In this document: positions 27,501 to 35,574 of the stretch, in pieces
Numbering within the stretch: position 1 is the first letter of the stretch
How the letters are laid out: every line of letters starts with the position of its first letter
NCBI GenBank assembly: GCA_964615205.1
Contig: CAZTQA010000002.1
Span: 1-51,285 of the forward strand
DNA length: 51,285 nucleotides
Source: an uncultured Candidatus Saccharibacteria bacterium
GTDB lineage: Bacteria; Patescibacteriota; Minisyncoccia; Minisyncoccales; JAGMDC01
Direction: 5' to 3'
Position numbers and translations under genes: made by a program
Notes under the pieces: model-generated
Told to the model about the DNA's origin: nothing
The model's database searches: none
Seen by the model: only the letters and a program-made list of their open reading frames with translations

Positions 27501-28181
27501 GCCTCCGGTTCCAAGGGTCATCACAATAGCATCAGCGCTTGAAGGAGTCACTGTGTGAAGAACTCCGCCAATATCAACAATTACTCCGGATGATTCAGTA
27601 TTAAAATTAGAACCGGTTATCCTAATTTGGTTGCCGTCTCCGATTTTTGAGCAAGGATATCCATAACAGTCAGCTCCAGAAGTAATGTTTTCAATTTTAT
27701 TAATCACTGGAGCAGAAGAACTAGCAACCGTTCCCGTTGGATGTATTCCATCCATAACTAGACTTACATTATCTACCGAAGCAATGTTCTGAATTCCTAA
27801 AGTATAACTCTGGCCAGCTGTTAAATCCAAACCGAAAATATTTAAAACTCCATCAGTACTTCCGCTTACATAATAATCCGTGAAATTACTGTAAGGAGCA
27901 TAACGAGATATAATTTCGCTTGTGCCGGTGGGACTTTCAAAAGAAAAATTATTCAAACTAGAGGCACTGGCTCCCCAATCAGAATTCTCGCTGTTTGTGG
28001 TGTTTACAACGTTCTGGTCAAAAACAACGCTGATATATTTTTCTGTCACTGTAACAGAACTAACTGTTGGCGCAGCTATGGCTAAAGCCGGACCGCCTGC
28101 CATCATAAAGATAGTGGCAAATCCAACACAGGCAGCTACTGCCTTTTTCATCTTAAATTTTATTTTATTTATTTTAGACAT
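21519..28181 (-). CDS. Giant secreted surface protein: many carboxypeptidase-regulatory-like/SdrD-B-like beta repeats, FN3 domain, coiled coil, C-terminal peptidoglycan-binding domain
   Basis: Signal peptide (MKKAVAA...ALAIA), repeated 'G.V.......V....TDS.G.F....V..GTY' units, DxNxNG loops, 'LSWTDNS..ETGF...GL...TTYYYRVKA', 'G..G.DV..LQ..LN...YFGPLT..AV..FQ'; start could be 28196, 28181 or 28151. Confidence 0.85.
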   Translation of the reverse strand: MSKINKIKFKMKKAVAACVGFATIFMMAGGPALAIAAPTVSSVTVTEKYISVVFDQNVVNTTNSENSDWGASASSLNNFSFESPTGTSEIISRYAPYSNFTDYYVSGSTDGVLNIFGLDLTAGQSYTLGIQNIASVDNVSLVMDGIHPTGTVASSSAPVINKIENITSGADCYGYPCSKIGDGNQIRITGSNFNTESSGVIVDIGGVLHTVTPSSADAIVMTLGTGGESENQTAPIGNNEVKVKNQDDKLYSNVKYFGMYNDIAGVIIGKLTNSSATVGSDQNNVPVRIEYWNTEYGSTESHNNGYYAVVGYNNGSCVSGSVDVFFTTPAGASEAAPTEAGGQTIEGATVTDAGTSAFAASNISGIITDPSSNAIEGATVIVHNDYWSTIQRAITNSSGAYKVYVPMTSSSNYYGVEVQPPEYNPNNYRFNEAWYTIALGGSTTSANLSLTQLNVQGTVKTPAGDASDSNPSPDTVVPNAHLNIHTTDWTVNKWTDTDTSGVFYFGGVTAGSYVMEVEPNWGDSTFGGYSRVSYSVVIGSSNVDAYNAETGITNLDNDANGIATGGAIRLGVPNVFGTVLAGGEAVSGAWVNLNKDSYWSGTNTDSNGKFRFSVSQSGTYHLNVDSNSSSYSNYSADVAISDTEVTNGKDIGNINLSAPNVTGKVYDPTGTTGQQNISIDICPYMSPGTCYWGQTDSNGNFGIGTVPDGTWQMQLNVYSSGVYAAPAAIILVVSGGSVTSVSGGADDLNDIRLADPSVNGLVGVVYGPTGSVGQQANLGIRQQNSMTGNDSWANTNESGQFAFGTVSAGTYELEVNPNWGSSYSRKMYTITVDADGNVTSDDSGFTAVSTRNIIVRLSQPNITGTLKTPVWDSSYSTLGITQGECDQPVAWGWINIYQAGMCTNGICKNYGANTNDSGVFSLGGVEAGTYIIEYQAGWGSPFSTAREEITISSAVASGSESLNLNTTSSKANAGAIRLGLPQLRGTVVKADGSTPVSNVWINVYSSSNWNIQPAGSNTNSNGKFSIGGLDDGTYNIEVNMPWGEGLVAPSGLSVEISNDIGVVKEDGENLTNNKITLQEPTNTISGHVYKDTNSNGEYDSGTDTVVTNARVETHKDMGGGFVETRTNASGAYSLKVADGSWWVEVRPDWGTEIDWLFSETPTRMTFSAVDDSDDTQTKNFKVAATNSTIYGYVKKTDGTAVSNCWVDICQDMGMCNGRSTDSNGRFSIKVAAGTYRVSAFPSGDLMNTFGAPNKKIVTVNANSSADAGTLTLKAKNSHIKGKVQDAAGNGIQNVVINVYEYDGPGWGMGYTDTSGDYDVTVPAGMWGLMAMPMSNQYVYQGAPLSVTIDASETSENNDFILKTANATIKGKVRLNSASGDVVTDFWGGVWIKDTSVDDYLDFGGPMDDMMEKSGMMAGGTGGTGSVMGPGMMDQGMGSGINNGAFQLKVPAGTYEIGVGSPPGSSYTLSETATVTVLSDSDSNNALGYTEVNLIVVENDATVSGRFFLDANSNDIYDSGEEVSNLRAMVNADRIGGGWQSTESNSDGSYSLNVAAGTWYVDAFIDPFMTFGQSYYMIVSPDEKIAIESGSSNTLNFEVKQLNAVISGQVLDATGTSSSAMSGVWVFADYGSADMLTEFNGVGGPGVGDYTDVSGNYSINVSEGTYKIGVGLPPWDTRDLIAPEFLTVIVEADEISTGNDLTFTAADATIAGTVFVDADADGAYDSGEAQASYVRAWSDDGRGNGASATSGSYSIKVNNGTTWHLVAVAQISSILYESEVVTIAVDEETETQNLELVSLGLVIPESKTISFDSSESKTLTLTNGLTLEMPAGSIATSGTVTVSVTPTVDVKPDAKEKPIGITYSFNARNSDGQEISDLAGNVTITMPYNEELIEAAGYSEYSITPKYYNETTGTWENYDTVMRDPENNLLIIITDHFSEGGPVGEGGVPTAPSGLSASSASTSSIALSWTDNSDDETGFKVYRNSADSSWESAALITTTSANATSATDTGLSASTTYYYRVKATNASGDSSWTSTASATTNSDGGSGAGASGSALPFTQTTTEEEEESDETTDETADETDTEDLITFEKPISEMTIEELQAKIAEIIAAIQELQAELAELNVIEGCSITAFDRHLSQGMSGDDVECLQIVLNSDSATQVASTGAGSPGSETDYFGPLTKSAVIKFQNKYADEVLAYWGLTSGTGYVGDTTIAKLNQLLSVE

Positions 28182-28200
28182 ATTGTTTTGAAACAAAATC

Positions 28201-28240
28201 AGTGCCCATAATTTGCTCCTCCGGCAAATTATGCAGCACT
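28201..28240 (-). promoter_or_regulatory. 5'-UTR hairpin of the giant surface-protein gene
   Basis: AGTGC..CATAATTTGC / GCAAATTATG..GCACT inverted repeat; TTGACA upstream at ~28297-28302 on the minus strand. Confidence 0.5.
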
Positions 28241-28435
28241 AAAATTGTAAATAAAAATTTAAATATTATTATATTATCTCTTATGTTGATAGACCCTGTC
28301 AAGTGGAAAACTTTGACTGTTTTCCATTAAACTATTGATAAGTTAACGAATTAAAGGATTAACGAGTTATAATAAAAAATTACTGAATTTTTCAGTAATT
28401 TCAGTATCGGTTAAGATATCGGATAACTTTTATTT

Positions 28436-29515
28436 CTAAGCTAAATTTTTATTTTTCTCCCAAAATTCCTTAAAAAAAGCTAAAAAAGTTCCCAAAAACA
28501 ATCCTAAGATACCAGCCACTATTATATTCAATAAAGTTCTAGGACTAACCGGATTTTCAGAAACAGTTGGCTGCTTAACAATCTTTGTTGGTTTGATATC
28601 TTCAATTGTTTGGTTTAAAGCATTAATCTGAGAATTATAATTTTCTATATTTATCTGTAAAGAATTTATTTCAGAATTATAATCTTCAATTTCTCTTTCC
28701 AGAGAACTAATCTCAAGATTATAATCTTCAATTTCTCCTTTTGTAGAATTAATGTTTAAATAAAGATTTTCTATTTCCTGAATTTTATTTAATAATTTTT
28801 CCTTGGCATCAAATAAAGCATATTGGGTTCCGGGCGTCTGCTCGTAAACCAAGGTTTCTTCTAATGCCGCAACCTTATCTTCCAAGTTATTTCTTTCTGC
28901 TTCCGCAGTTTCAATTTTAATTTCTATCCTTTCAATATCTAATAACAAGGGCTTAATTTTATTTTTGGTTGTTTCAATATCATTTTCCGTGGTCTTAATC
29001 TTGTTTTCTATTCTAATAATATCATCATTGGAGAGCTCTATCTTTTTGTTAACAGATTCTATATCCTTTTGCAGCAATTCTTTTTTTATTTTAATTTTTT
29101 CTTGATGCCTGCTCAAAATTATATTATTTATTTCATCTAAAATATTCTTGGCTTGCTCATTTTTATCGGAACGTATTTCTGCAACAACTAAATTTGTATC
29201 CTTTGGATTGTTTACTTCTATTTCAGGATAATCCTTTTCTGAAATTCCTAATTTTTCTTTAACTAAAATGCCGTAAACATCTCCCTCAAATTTCGCCACT
29301 ACCTGGTTAGGATCTTCAATCAACTCAACCTTTCCCTCTTCTGGTTCCTTTAGCACTCCTATCTCCAAGCTAGTTGTGATGCCGTAAACTTTAGGCAATA
29401 CAAAACTCAAAACCGCAGCTCCCAAAGCTACCAAAAAAATAATTCCAAAAATTAATTTTTTTCTTTTCAGGATTACTTTAATGTAATCCATCAAATCAAT
29501 TTCATCTTTCTCCAT
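28436..29515 (-). CDS. wzz: Wzz/polysaccharide co-polymerase (chain-length determinant) with long coiled coil
   Basis: DEIDL.DY..VI.KRK N-terminus, two terminal TM helices, 'PVSP......IVAG.LGL..G' C-terminus. Confidence 0.8.
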   Translation of the reverse strand: MEKDEIDLMDYIKVILKRKKLIFGIIFLVALGAAVLSFVLPKVYGITTSLEIGVLKEPEEGKVELIEDPNQVVAKFEGDVYGILVKEKLGISEKDYPEIEVNNPKDTNLVVAEIRSDKNEQAKNILDEINNIILSRHQEKIKIKKELLQKDIESVNKKIELSNDDIIRIENKIKTTENDIETTKNKIKPLLLDIERIEIKIETAEAERNNLEDKVAALEETLVYEQTPGTQYALFDAKEKLLNKIQEIENLYLNINSTKGEIEDYNLEISSLEREIEDYNSEINSLQINIENYNSQINALNQTIEDIKPTKIVKQPTVSENPVSPRTLLNIIVAGILGLFLGTFLAFFKEFWEKNKNLA

Positions 29516-29555
29516 AAACTTTATATTAAGGATTTAATAAAATTTGTCAATTTAA

Positions 29556-30878
29556 TTACCTGAAAACAAGCTGAATAGTTTTAAAGAGAATAGCTAAGTC
29601 AAAAAAGAAAGAACGGTTTTTGATATAGAAAAGGTCAAAGCTTAATTTTTCTTCAGCCTCCTTAACTGAAGCGCCGTACTGATATTTAATTTGAGCCCAG
29701 CCTGTAAAACCCGGCTTGATTAAGTGCCTGATATCATAATAAGGGATTTCTTTTTTAAGTTTTTCCACAAATTCCGGCCTTTCCGGACGAGGACCCACAA
29801 AACTTAACTCCCCTTTTAAAATATTCCAGAATTGGGGAAATTCATCTAAATGAGTGATCCTTAAAAACTTTCCCACTCTTGTAATTCGAGGATCGTCTTT
29901 ACTCGCCCATTGAGGACCTTGCTCTTCAGCATCAGTTATCATGGTTCTGAATTTATAAAAATTGAATTCTTTTTCTTTTAACCCCACTCTCTTCTGAGAA
30001 TAAAGAATGGGCCCTTTTGAATCTATTTTTACAGCTAAAGCAACGAAAGGAAAAATAATGCCGGTTAAAACCAAGCCAAAAATAGAAAAAAACACATCAA
30101 ATGATCTTTTAGCTAATTCATAGGTTCTTCTTTTGGCTTGAGATATATTTTCCAAAAACCACAATTCATCAATGGTATTCAATGGTATCTTTCCAGTAAT
30201 GGTTTCATAAAATCTGTTAAAACTGACAAAATTCAATTCTAAAGGAAGATTACTAAAAATTTGTTGGCATAATTCTTTACTTTCATAAATATTAAAACTG
30301 AAAACTATTGTATCCACATTATTATTTTCTATAATTTCCTTTAATTCATCTATGCCTTGACTAATATCAAAAAAAGCAGCTATTTCATAATTACTCTCTT
30401 TGATTTTTTCTAATAAAGAATAATCTAATCTTAATTTATCACCCGCAATAATAATTTTTTCTTTAAAATTCTTTGTTCTTAATAGCTTATTAAATAAATA
30501 ACGCCAAGCAGACAAGAATAAAGAAAAGATCAAAACATCTAAAACCAAAATGGTTTTAGGAGCAATCACAGCTTGAGGTTTTAAATAAAAATAAATAACT
30601 CCCAAAGAACCAGCTAAAAAAACAAAAATCACTAAATTGCGTAAAAACTCATATATTTTTTTAAAAGGCGGGATTTCATAAAAATCCAGAGCAAAAAGAA
30701 AAATTAACCAAAATACATGAATGATAGAAAAATGGAAAAGAAAAACTTTGGTCTGAGATCCGGGCCAAAAAGAAAAATCAGTATACCTTAACATTAAAGC
30801 TGAAAATAAAGCAAGATAAAAAAGTAAAACATCTCCTATTAATATTGCAAATTTTAGTAAATATATTTTTTCTCTCAT
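29556..30878 (-). CDS. Polyprenyl-phosphate sugar phosphotransferase (priming glycosyltransferase, WcaJ/WbaP-like)
   Basis: KR.FD, YKFRTM, DPRITRVG.FLR..LDE.PQ, VGPRPER, KPG.TGWAQ. Confidence 0.93.
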   Translation of the reverse strand: MREKIYLLKFAILIGDVLLFYLALFSALMLRYTDFSFWPGSQTKVFLFHFSIIHVFWLIFLFALDFYEIPPFKKIYEFLRNLVIFVFLAGSLGVIYFYLKPQAVIAPKTILVLDVLIFSLFLSAWRYLFNKLLRTKNFKEKIIIAGDKLRLDYSLLEKIKESNYEIAAFFDISQGIDELKEIIENNNVDTIVFSFNIYESKELCQQIFSNLPLELNFVSFNRFYETITGKIPLNTIDELWFLENISQAKRRTYELAKRSFDVFFSIFGLVLTGIIFPFVALAVKIDSKGPILYSQKRVGLKEKEFNFYKFRTMITDAEEQGPQWASKDDPRITRVGKFLRITHLDEFPQFWNILKGELSFVGPRPERPEFVEKLKKEIPYYDIRHLIKPGFTGWAQIKYQYGASVKEAEEKLSFDLFYIKNRSFFFDLAILFKTIQLVFR

Positions 30879-30882
30879 AGAA

Positions 30883-31635
30883 TTATTTTGGTTGGGAAAA
30901 TTCAATCACTATTATCCAGGCCATTAGTTTAACAAATGGAAAAAATTTAAAAAAATTTTTATCTATTTTTTCTAAATTATTTAAAAGCGGATTAAAAATC
31001 TTAGTATTTTTGAACGGCACTGCCAACAAAGAAAAAAAATGAAAAAAATGAATATTCACTTTATTAAAATAATTATAAGCTTTCTTTATATCTCTCATTA
31101 ATAAAGGATGCTCATCAGGTGTACGTAAATTGGGAGTAAATCTTCTGAAAATATTTAAAACTGGGTTATGTCCTAATGGTTCAAAGAAAATTGCTTTTCC
31201 TGTGGGTTTCAAAACTCTTCTTATTTCTTTAAGAGAAGAATCGAGATTAAGATGGTGTAAAATACCTGTTCCGCAAACTATATCAAATGAATTGTCCTTA
31301 AAAGTCATTTTTTCTCCGTCCATGACTAAAAAATTAATCTTTCTTTTAATACTCTCCGGTTCCTCTTCTAATTTTTTTAAAGCTTGCTTTATGCCCTCTT
31401 CCGAAATATCGATTCCAAATATTTCAGAACTATATTTTGCTAAAAAAAAGACCTCATCCCCTTTCCCGCATCCATAGTCTAAAACTTTCTTGTTAAAACA
31501 ATTATTAACCAATAAATCATCGTAAAAAGAAGTACTCTTTTCTGTGATAGAATAAAAAAGAGACAATTTTTTCCTAGTATCCTTGCTGAAAAATTCATTA
31601 TGTATTCTTTTTTCACTTTTCTTTCTTGAATTCAT
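30883..31635 (-). CDS. Class I SAM-dependent methyltransferase
   Basis: VLDYGCGKG, GIDIS, SFD.V....LHH, RVLKP.G. Confidence 0.9.
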   Translation of the reverse strand: MNSRKKSEKRIHNEFFSKDTRKKLSLFYSITEKSTSFYDDLLVNNCFNKKVLDYGCGKGDEVFFLAKYSSEIFGIDISEEGIKQALKKLEEEPESIKRKINFLVMDGEKMTFKDNSFDIVCGTGILHHLNLDSSLKEIRRVLKPTGKAIFFEPLGHNPVLNIFRRFTPNLRTPDEHPLLMRDIKKAYNYFNKVNIHFFHFFSLLAVPFKNTKIFNPLLNNLEKIDKNFFKFFPFVKLMAWIIVIEFSQPK

Positions 31636-31640
31636 GCGTT

Positions 31641-32843
31641 TTATTTAATGGTATCAAAAATACGAGAAAATAAAATAGTTTCTATTTTGTCCCAAGTGTA
31701 ATTTTTAAAAATAAACTCTTTAGCCCTCTCTCCTATTCTGTCTTTTTCTTTCTCATTGTTTAAAATATCGATTATACTTCGAGCCATTTCTTTTGGTTTT
31801 TTAAAATCCGTAATTAATAACTCTTTTTTATTCCTTGCCCCAGATATTCCCCTGGCCCCGATTTCAGTTGTTACCACTGTTTTTCCTAAAGCCATTGATT
31901 CTAATATTTTGTTCTGGATACCAGCTCCAAACCGAAGAGGAGCTACTACTAGCTTGGATTTTCTCAATAATAAATAAGGATTTTCTAAAAATCCAGTTAC
32001 TTTTATCCCCCCTTTTTGGTTTAAATTTATAATTCTTTTTGTGGGGTTTAGTCCTATGATGTAAAATTTTAATTCGGGAAATATTTTTCTTATGTCTGGA
32101 AAAACCTTCTGGCTAAAATAAATCACGGCATCTTCATTTGATTTATAATCCATCTTTCCAAAAAAAGAAATAAAATTATTTTCTGGACCCTGCTTTTTCT
32201 CATACAAAAGACTGTCTTTGACACCGTTTGGCAAAACTATCAAATCTTCTAAGGAATGGCTAACATTTTCTTCTAAATATTTTTTGTCAAAGCCAGATGA
32301 AATAAATAATTTGTCAAACATATTTTCTTTAAAAATGTTGATTTCGTATTCAAAAGTTCTGGGAATTTCAATTTTATAAATTATTTTCCACAAAAAGTCC
32401 TGCCACTCTTCAGACAATTTATAATTTAAAGAGATAGCATCAATTATATCTAACACCTTGGGTATCTTTAACTCTCTGGCATACTCTACAGTTCTTATAG
32501 TATTGAAATACAAAAGATGATAATTTTGATAATTATTTTTAAGCCATTGATAAGCTTTTGGAGAATAATAATAGCCGGCCTGGAGGGGTTTTGAGAACAA
32601 AAAAAATTTAAAAGCGCCGAAAAATTCGTCTTTCAAACTATGTTTAACAAAAAATACTTTATTAAAGATTTTTTTTAAATCATTCAAGCTTCGCCTTTCT
32701 TTATCTTCCTTTATTAAGGTCAAAAGGTCAATAGTATATCTTTCATTTAAAATCTTAGCTAAGTTCAAGACTCTTAGAATATACCCTCCCTTATGCTCTG
32801 GCCAAGGACACCTAAAGGAAATCATTAATATTCTTTTTTTCAT
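31641..32843 (-). CDS. GT4 glycosyltransferase
   Basis: PLRFGAGIQNKILESMALG..VV. Confidence 0.9.
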   Translation of the reverse strand: MKKRILMISFRCPWPEHKGGYILRVLNLAKILNERYTIDLLTLIKEDKERRSLNDLKKIFNKVFFVKHSLKDEFFGAFKFFLFSKPLQAGYYYSPKAYQWLKNNYQNYHLLYFNTIRTVEYARELKIPKVLDIIDAISLNYKLSEEWQDFLWKIIYKIEIPRTFEYEINIFKENMFDKLFISSGFDKKYLEENVSHSLEDLIVLPNGVKDSLLYEKKQGPENNFISFFGKMDYKSNEDAVIYFSQKVFPDIRKIFPELKFYIIGLNPTKRIINLNQKGGIKVTGFLENPYLLLRKSKLVVAPLRFGAGIQNKILESMALGKTVVTTEIGARGISGARNKKELLITDFKKPKEMARSIIDILNNEKEKDRIGERAKEFIFKNYTWDKIETILFSRIFDTIK

Positions 32844-33961
32844 ATTTTATTAAATATATCTATTAATTTATTAGTTGATTCAGCCCAATTAAACTCAGCT
32901 GCCCGCAATATGGCTTTATCTCTCATCTCCTGAAAAAAAGCATCATCATCCAACAATTTGATTATATCTCTGGCAAAGGATTCATGATCTTCTGGATGAT
33001 GAGTTATTCCGCCTTCGTTCACTATTTCTCCCAGAGAAGAAGTATTTGAGGCTAAAATGGGAAGCCCGGATTGCATTGCTTCCAAAGAAGGCAGTCCGAA
33101 TCCTTCATAAAAAGAAGGAAAAAGCAATGCTTTAGCTAAATTATAAAAACATGGTAGGTCCTCGTCTCCGACATTATCTAAATGAATCACATAATTTCTT
33201 TTTTTTACCTCTTTCATGATCTTTTTGGAATTAAAACCTAATTTTCCGACTAAAACTATTTTGATATTTTTCCCTGAATTCCTAATTAAGTCTCCAATCT
33301 TTAAGATGCCCGTAATATTTTTTCTGTTGTCAATGGCTCCAACATAAAGAATAAAATCACCTGACAGATTATATTTAGAAAATATCTTTCTTTTCTCTTC
33401 TTGACTTAGCTTCTTTGGCTTGAAGCGCTCATCAGCTGCCTCGTAAATCACCCGAATCTTATTTTGCGGAATATTATAAAAATTAATCAAATCTTTTTTG
33501 GAATTATTGGAAACAGTAATTATGGCTTGGCTTTTTCTGATAGAAAAGGGCAAAAAGATATTTGAATAAATGCGGTAAAGAAAATCTCTATAATGAGGGT
33601 TTATCTTAGGAATGGCGTCGTGAATAGTGGTAATAAATTTAATCTCTTTGTAATTACAAAAGAGAGGAAGGAAAAGATTAATTTGGAAAAAAACATCAAT
33701 TTTATTCTTTTTTAATTCCTTGGGCAGAACAAAATTCAGCCAAAAAGGGAAATAATATTGGGAAGGAATAATTTTATTTTCCTTTGTCGTTATTACACTA
33801 AATCCTTTAGCTGTATAATTTTCCAATCTGCAGGGAGCAAATAAAAAATACTGATTAGTTTTGTCTAATTCAAGAATGTGTTTCAAAAGATTCGTTAAGA
33901 AGCGCCCTGTCCCGCCAATTTCTTTTCTTACCAAAAGGCTGGCATCAATTCCTATTTTCAT
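32840..33961 (-). CDS. GT4 glycosyltransferase (mannosyltransferase-like)
   Basis: MKIGID, FPSFYEGFGLP.LEAM..G.P...SN.SSL.E. Confidence 0.92.
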   Translation of the reverse strand: MKIGIDASLLVRKEIGGTGRFLTNLLKHILELDKTNQYFLFAPCRLENYTAKGFSVITTKENKIIPSQYYFPFWLNFVLPKELKKNKIDVFFQINLFLPLFCNYKEIKFITTIHDAIPKINPHYRDFLYRIYSNIFLPFSIRKSQAIITVSNNSKKDLINFYNIPQNKIRVIYEAADERFKPKKLSQEEKRKIFSKYNLSGDFILYVGAIDNRKNITGILKIGDLIRNSGKNIKIVLVGKLGFNSKKIMKEVKKRNYVIHLDNVGDEDLPCFYNLAKALLFPSFYEGFGLPSLEAMQSGLPILASNTSSLGEIVNEGGITHHPEDHESFARDIIKLLDDDAFFQEMRDKAILRAAEFNWAESTNKLIDIFNKI

Positions 33962-33970
33962 AAAATTTAT

Positions 33971-34789
33971 TTATTTTGATTTACGAACAACTATAATATG
34001 ATGCTGGGCAAAAATATTAAGAATCGGCAAGTGGGAAACAAACCAATCTAATTTAAATAATATCCTTGGTGATAAAATCTTCCCCCCTATTCTGGATAAA
34101 CGAAAGTTAACCTTAGGAAGAAATTCTTCTCTATCGTAAAATATTATCTCAAAACCTGTCGACTCTAGAAGGGAGATAATTTCTTTTTTACTATATTTAT
34201 AAAGATGATGCCAACGACCAAAAATAATATGCAAAATATTATATAAAAATTCGAGCATTGAATACTTATTGGGCAAGAGAAAAATAAAAAAGAATCCCCC
34301 TGGTTTTAAAATTCTATATATCTCTTTTAGTGATTCTTTTTCGGTTGAACCACTTTCTTTAACATGCTCTAAAACCCCGCAGGATATCAAAACTAATGCA
34401 CTTTTATCACGATATGGGATAAATACTGGACTTTTTCCAATTTTCAATCTAGGAACAAGATGCGAAAAATATTTATATTCCTCAACAGTATCTATTACAT
34501 AGTTTTCTGCTTCATAACCTAATTCATCAAGATAGGCAGTCATTTGGCCGAATTGCCCTCCCCAATCAACAATAAGGCCGTCTCTTTTCTGTTGTAAAAA
34601 CAAGTCTACAAATCCTGCGAATTGGACATAATAAAATGAAGTTATTGGTGATTTCAAGTGACCAGGACGATCATAGCCTGCATTACAAGCCCTTACAGCT
34701 GCATTACTATAATCGATTCTTAGCTTCTCTAATTGCCCGATATACTTTTGCCAAAATTGTTTGGAGAATCTAATATCAGAATTAATCAT
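33971..34789 (-). CDS. Class I SAM-dependent methyltransferase
   Basis: IVDWGG..G, VLEHV, EIYRILKPGG. Confidence 0.82.
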   Translation of the reverse strand: MINSDIRFSKQFWQKYIGQLEKLRIDYSNAAVRACNAGYDRPGHLKSPITSFYYVQFAGFVDLFLQQKRDGLIVDWGGQFGQMTAYLDELGYEAENYVIDTVEEYKYFSHLVPRLKIGKSPVFIPYRDKSALVLISCGVLEHVKESGSTEKESLKEIYRILKPGGFFFIFLLPNKYSMLEFLYNILHIIFGRWHHLYKYSKKEIISLLESTGFEIIFYDREEFLPKVNFRLSRIGGKILSPRILFKLDWFVSHLPILNIFAQHHIIVVRKSK

Positions 34790-34791
34790 TT

Positions 34792-35574
34792 TTAGGTTTT
34801 AGACTTATTTTTAGCATATAATATGTATCCTTTATCAATTTCATCAATAATTACTTTAAAATTATTTTTCTCAAGATAATTTTTCAATCCTTCGTTCTTA
34901 TTTTTGAAATGCAATTCCGCGCTGACTGTTTCTATTTTTCCAAGACATTCTGGAGTCGCATTCATTAATATCTCGTATTCTGAACCTTCACAATCAATTT
35001 TTAGAAAGTGACATTTATTAATTCTATTATCCTCAAATATATTTTTCAAGGTTGTGCATTTAATGCTAATAGTTCTTTTTTCTCCCCCTTTTTTTGAATT
35101 GCACATCGTAGCAAGCTGCATATAATTATCATCTAAAAATAATTTGTTATCCCCCGCTCTCTCCCAGACACCCAAATTAAAGGGTTTAATATTTTTACCA
35201 AGATGGTTTAAATTAATATTCTCTTTTAGAAGAGAGAAATTCTCTGGACAGGGTTCGTAACTGTAAACTAATACATTTTTTGCTTGCTTAGCTGCAAAAA
35301 TGGAAAAAGTCCCTATATGAGCTCCAATATCTATCACCGTTGAATTATCGTTTATATCTCCAAAATGCCTGAAATAAGGTTTCACTATCCACATTTCATT
35401 GATAATGCTGCTATCACCGCGTCTGCCTAATCTGGCTTTTAATATTATTCCATTTCTCAATTTAAAAATTGTTTCCCTCCCCTTTAATTTTTTTAGGAGA
35501 CCCGCCCGATCTAAAAAAAACAAAGACCAGTTTTCATAAGTTTTAATTATTTTAATGATTTTCAGAATTGGCAT
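34792..35574 (-). CDS. FkbM-family methyltransferase
   Basis: VIDIGAHIG.FS, YEP.P.N, LKIDCEGSE. Confidence 0.9.
   Translation of the reverse strand: MPILKIIKIIKTYENWSLFFLDRAGLLKKLKGRETIFKLRNGIILKARLGRRGDSSIINEMWIVKPYFRHFGDINDNSTVIDIGAHIGTFSIFAAKQAKNVLVYSYEPCPENFSLLKENINLNHLGKNIKPFNLGVWERAGDNKLFLDDNYMQLATMCNSKKGGEKRTISIKCTTLKNIFEDNRINKCHFLKIDCEGSEYEILMNATPECLGKIETVSAELHFKNKNEGLKNYLEKNNFKVIIDEIDKGYILYAKNKSKT

Noticed and set aside
21519-28196. Giant protein as a DGR target or horizontally acquired island because of its higher GC
   Set aside because: No reverse transcriptase or TR/VR pair seen; the GC shift is explained by Gly/Ala/Ser/Thr-rich composition
28377-28401. Palindrome AAATTACTGAA/TTCAGTAATTT between wzz and the surface-protein gene
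   Set aside because: Most simply a weak terminator for wzz; I saw no second copy to support an operator role
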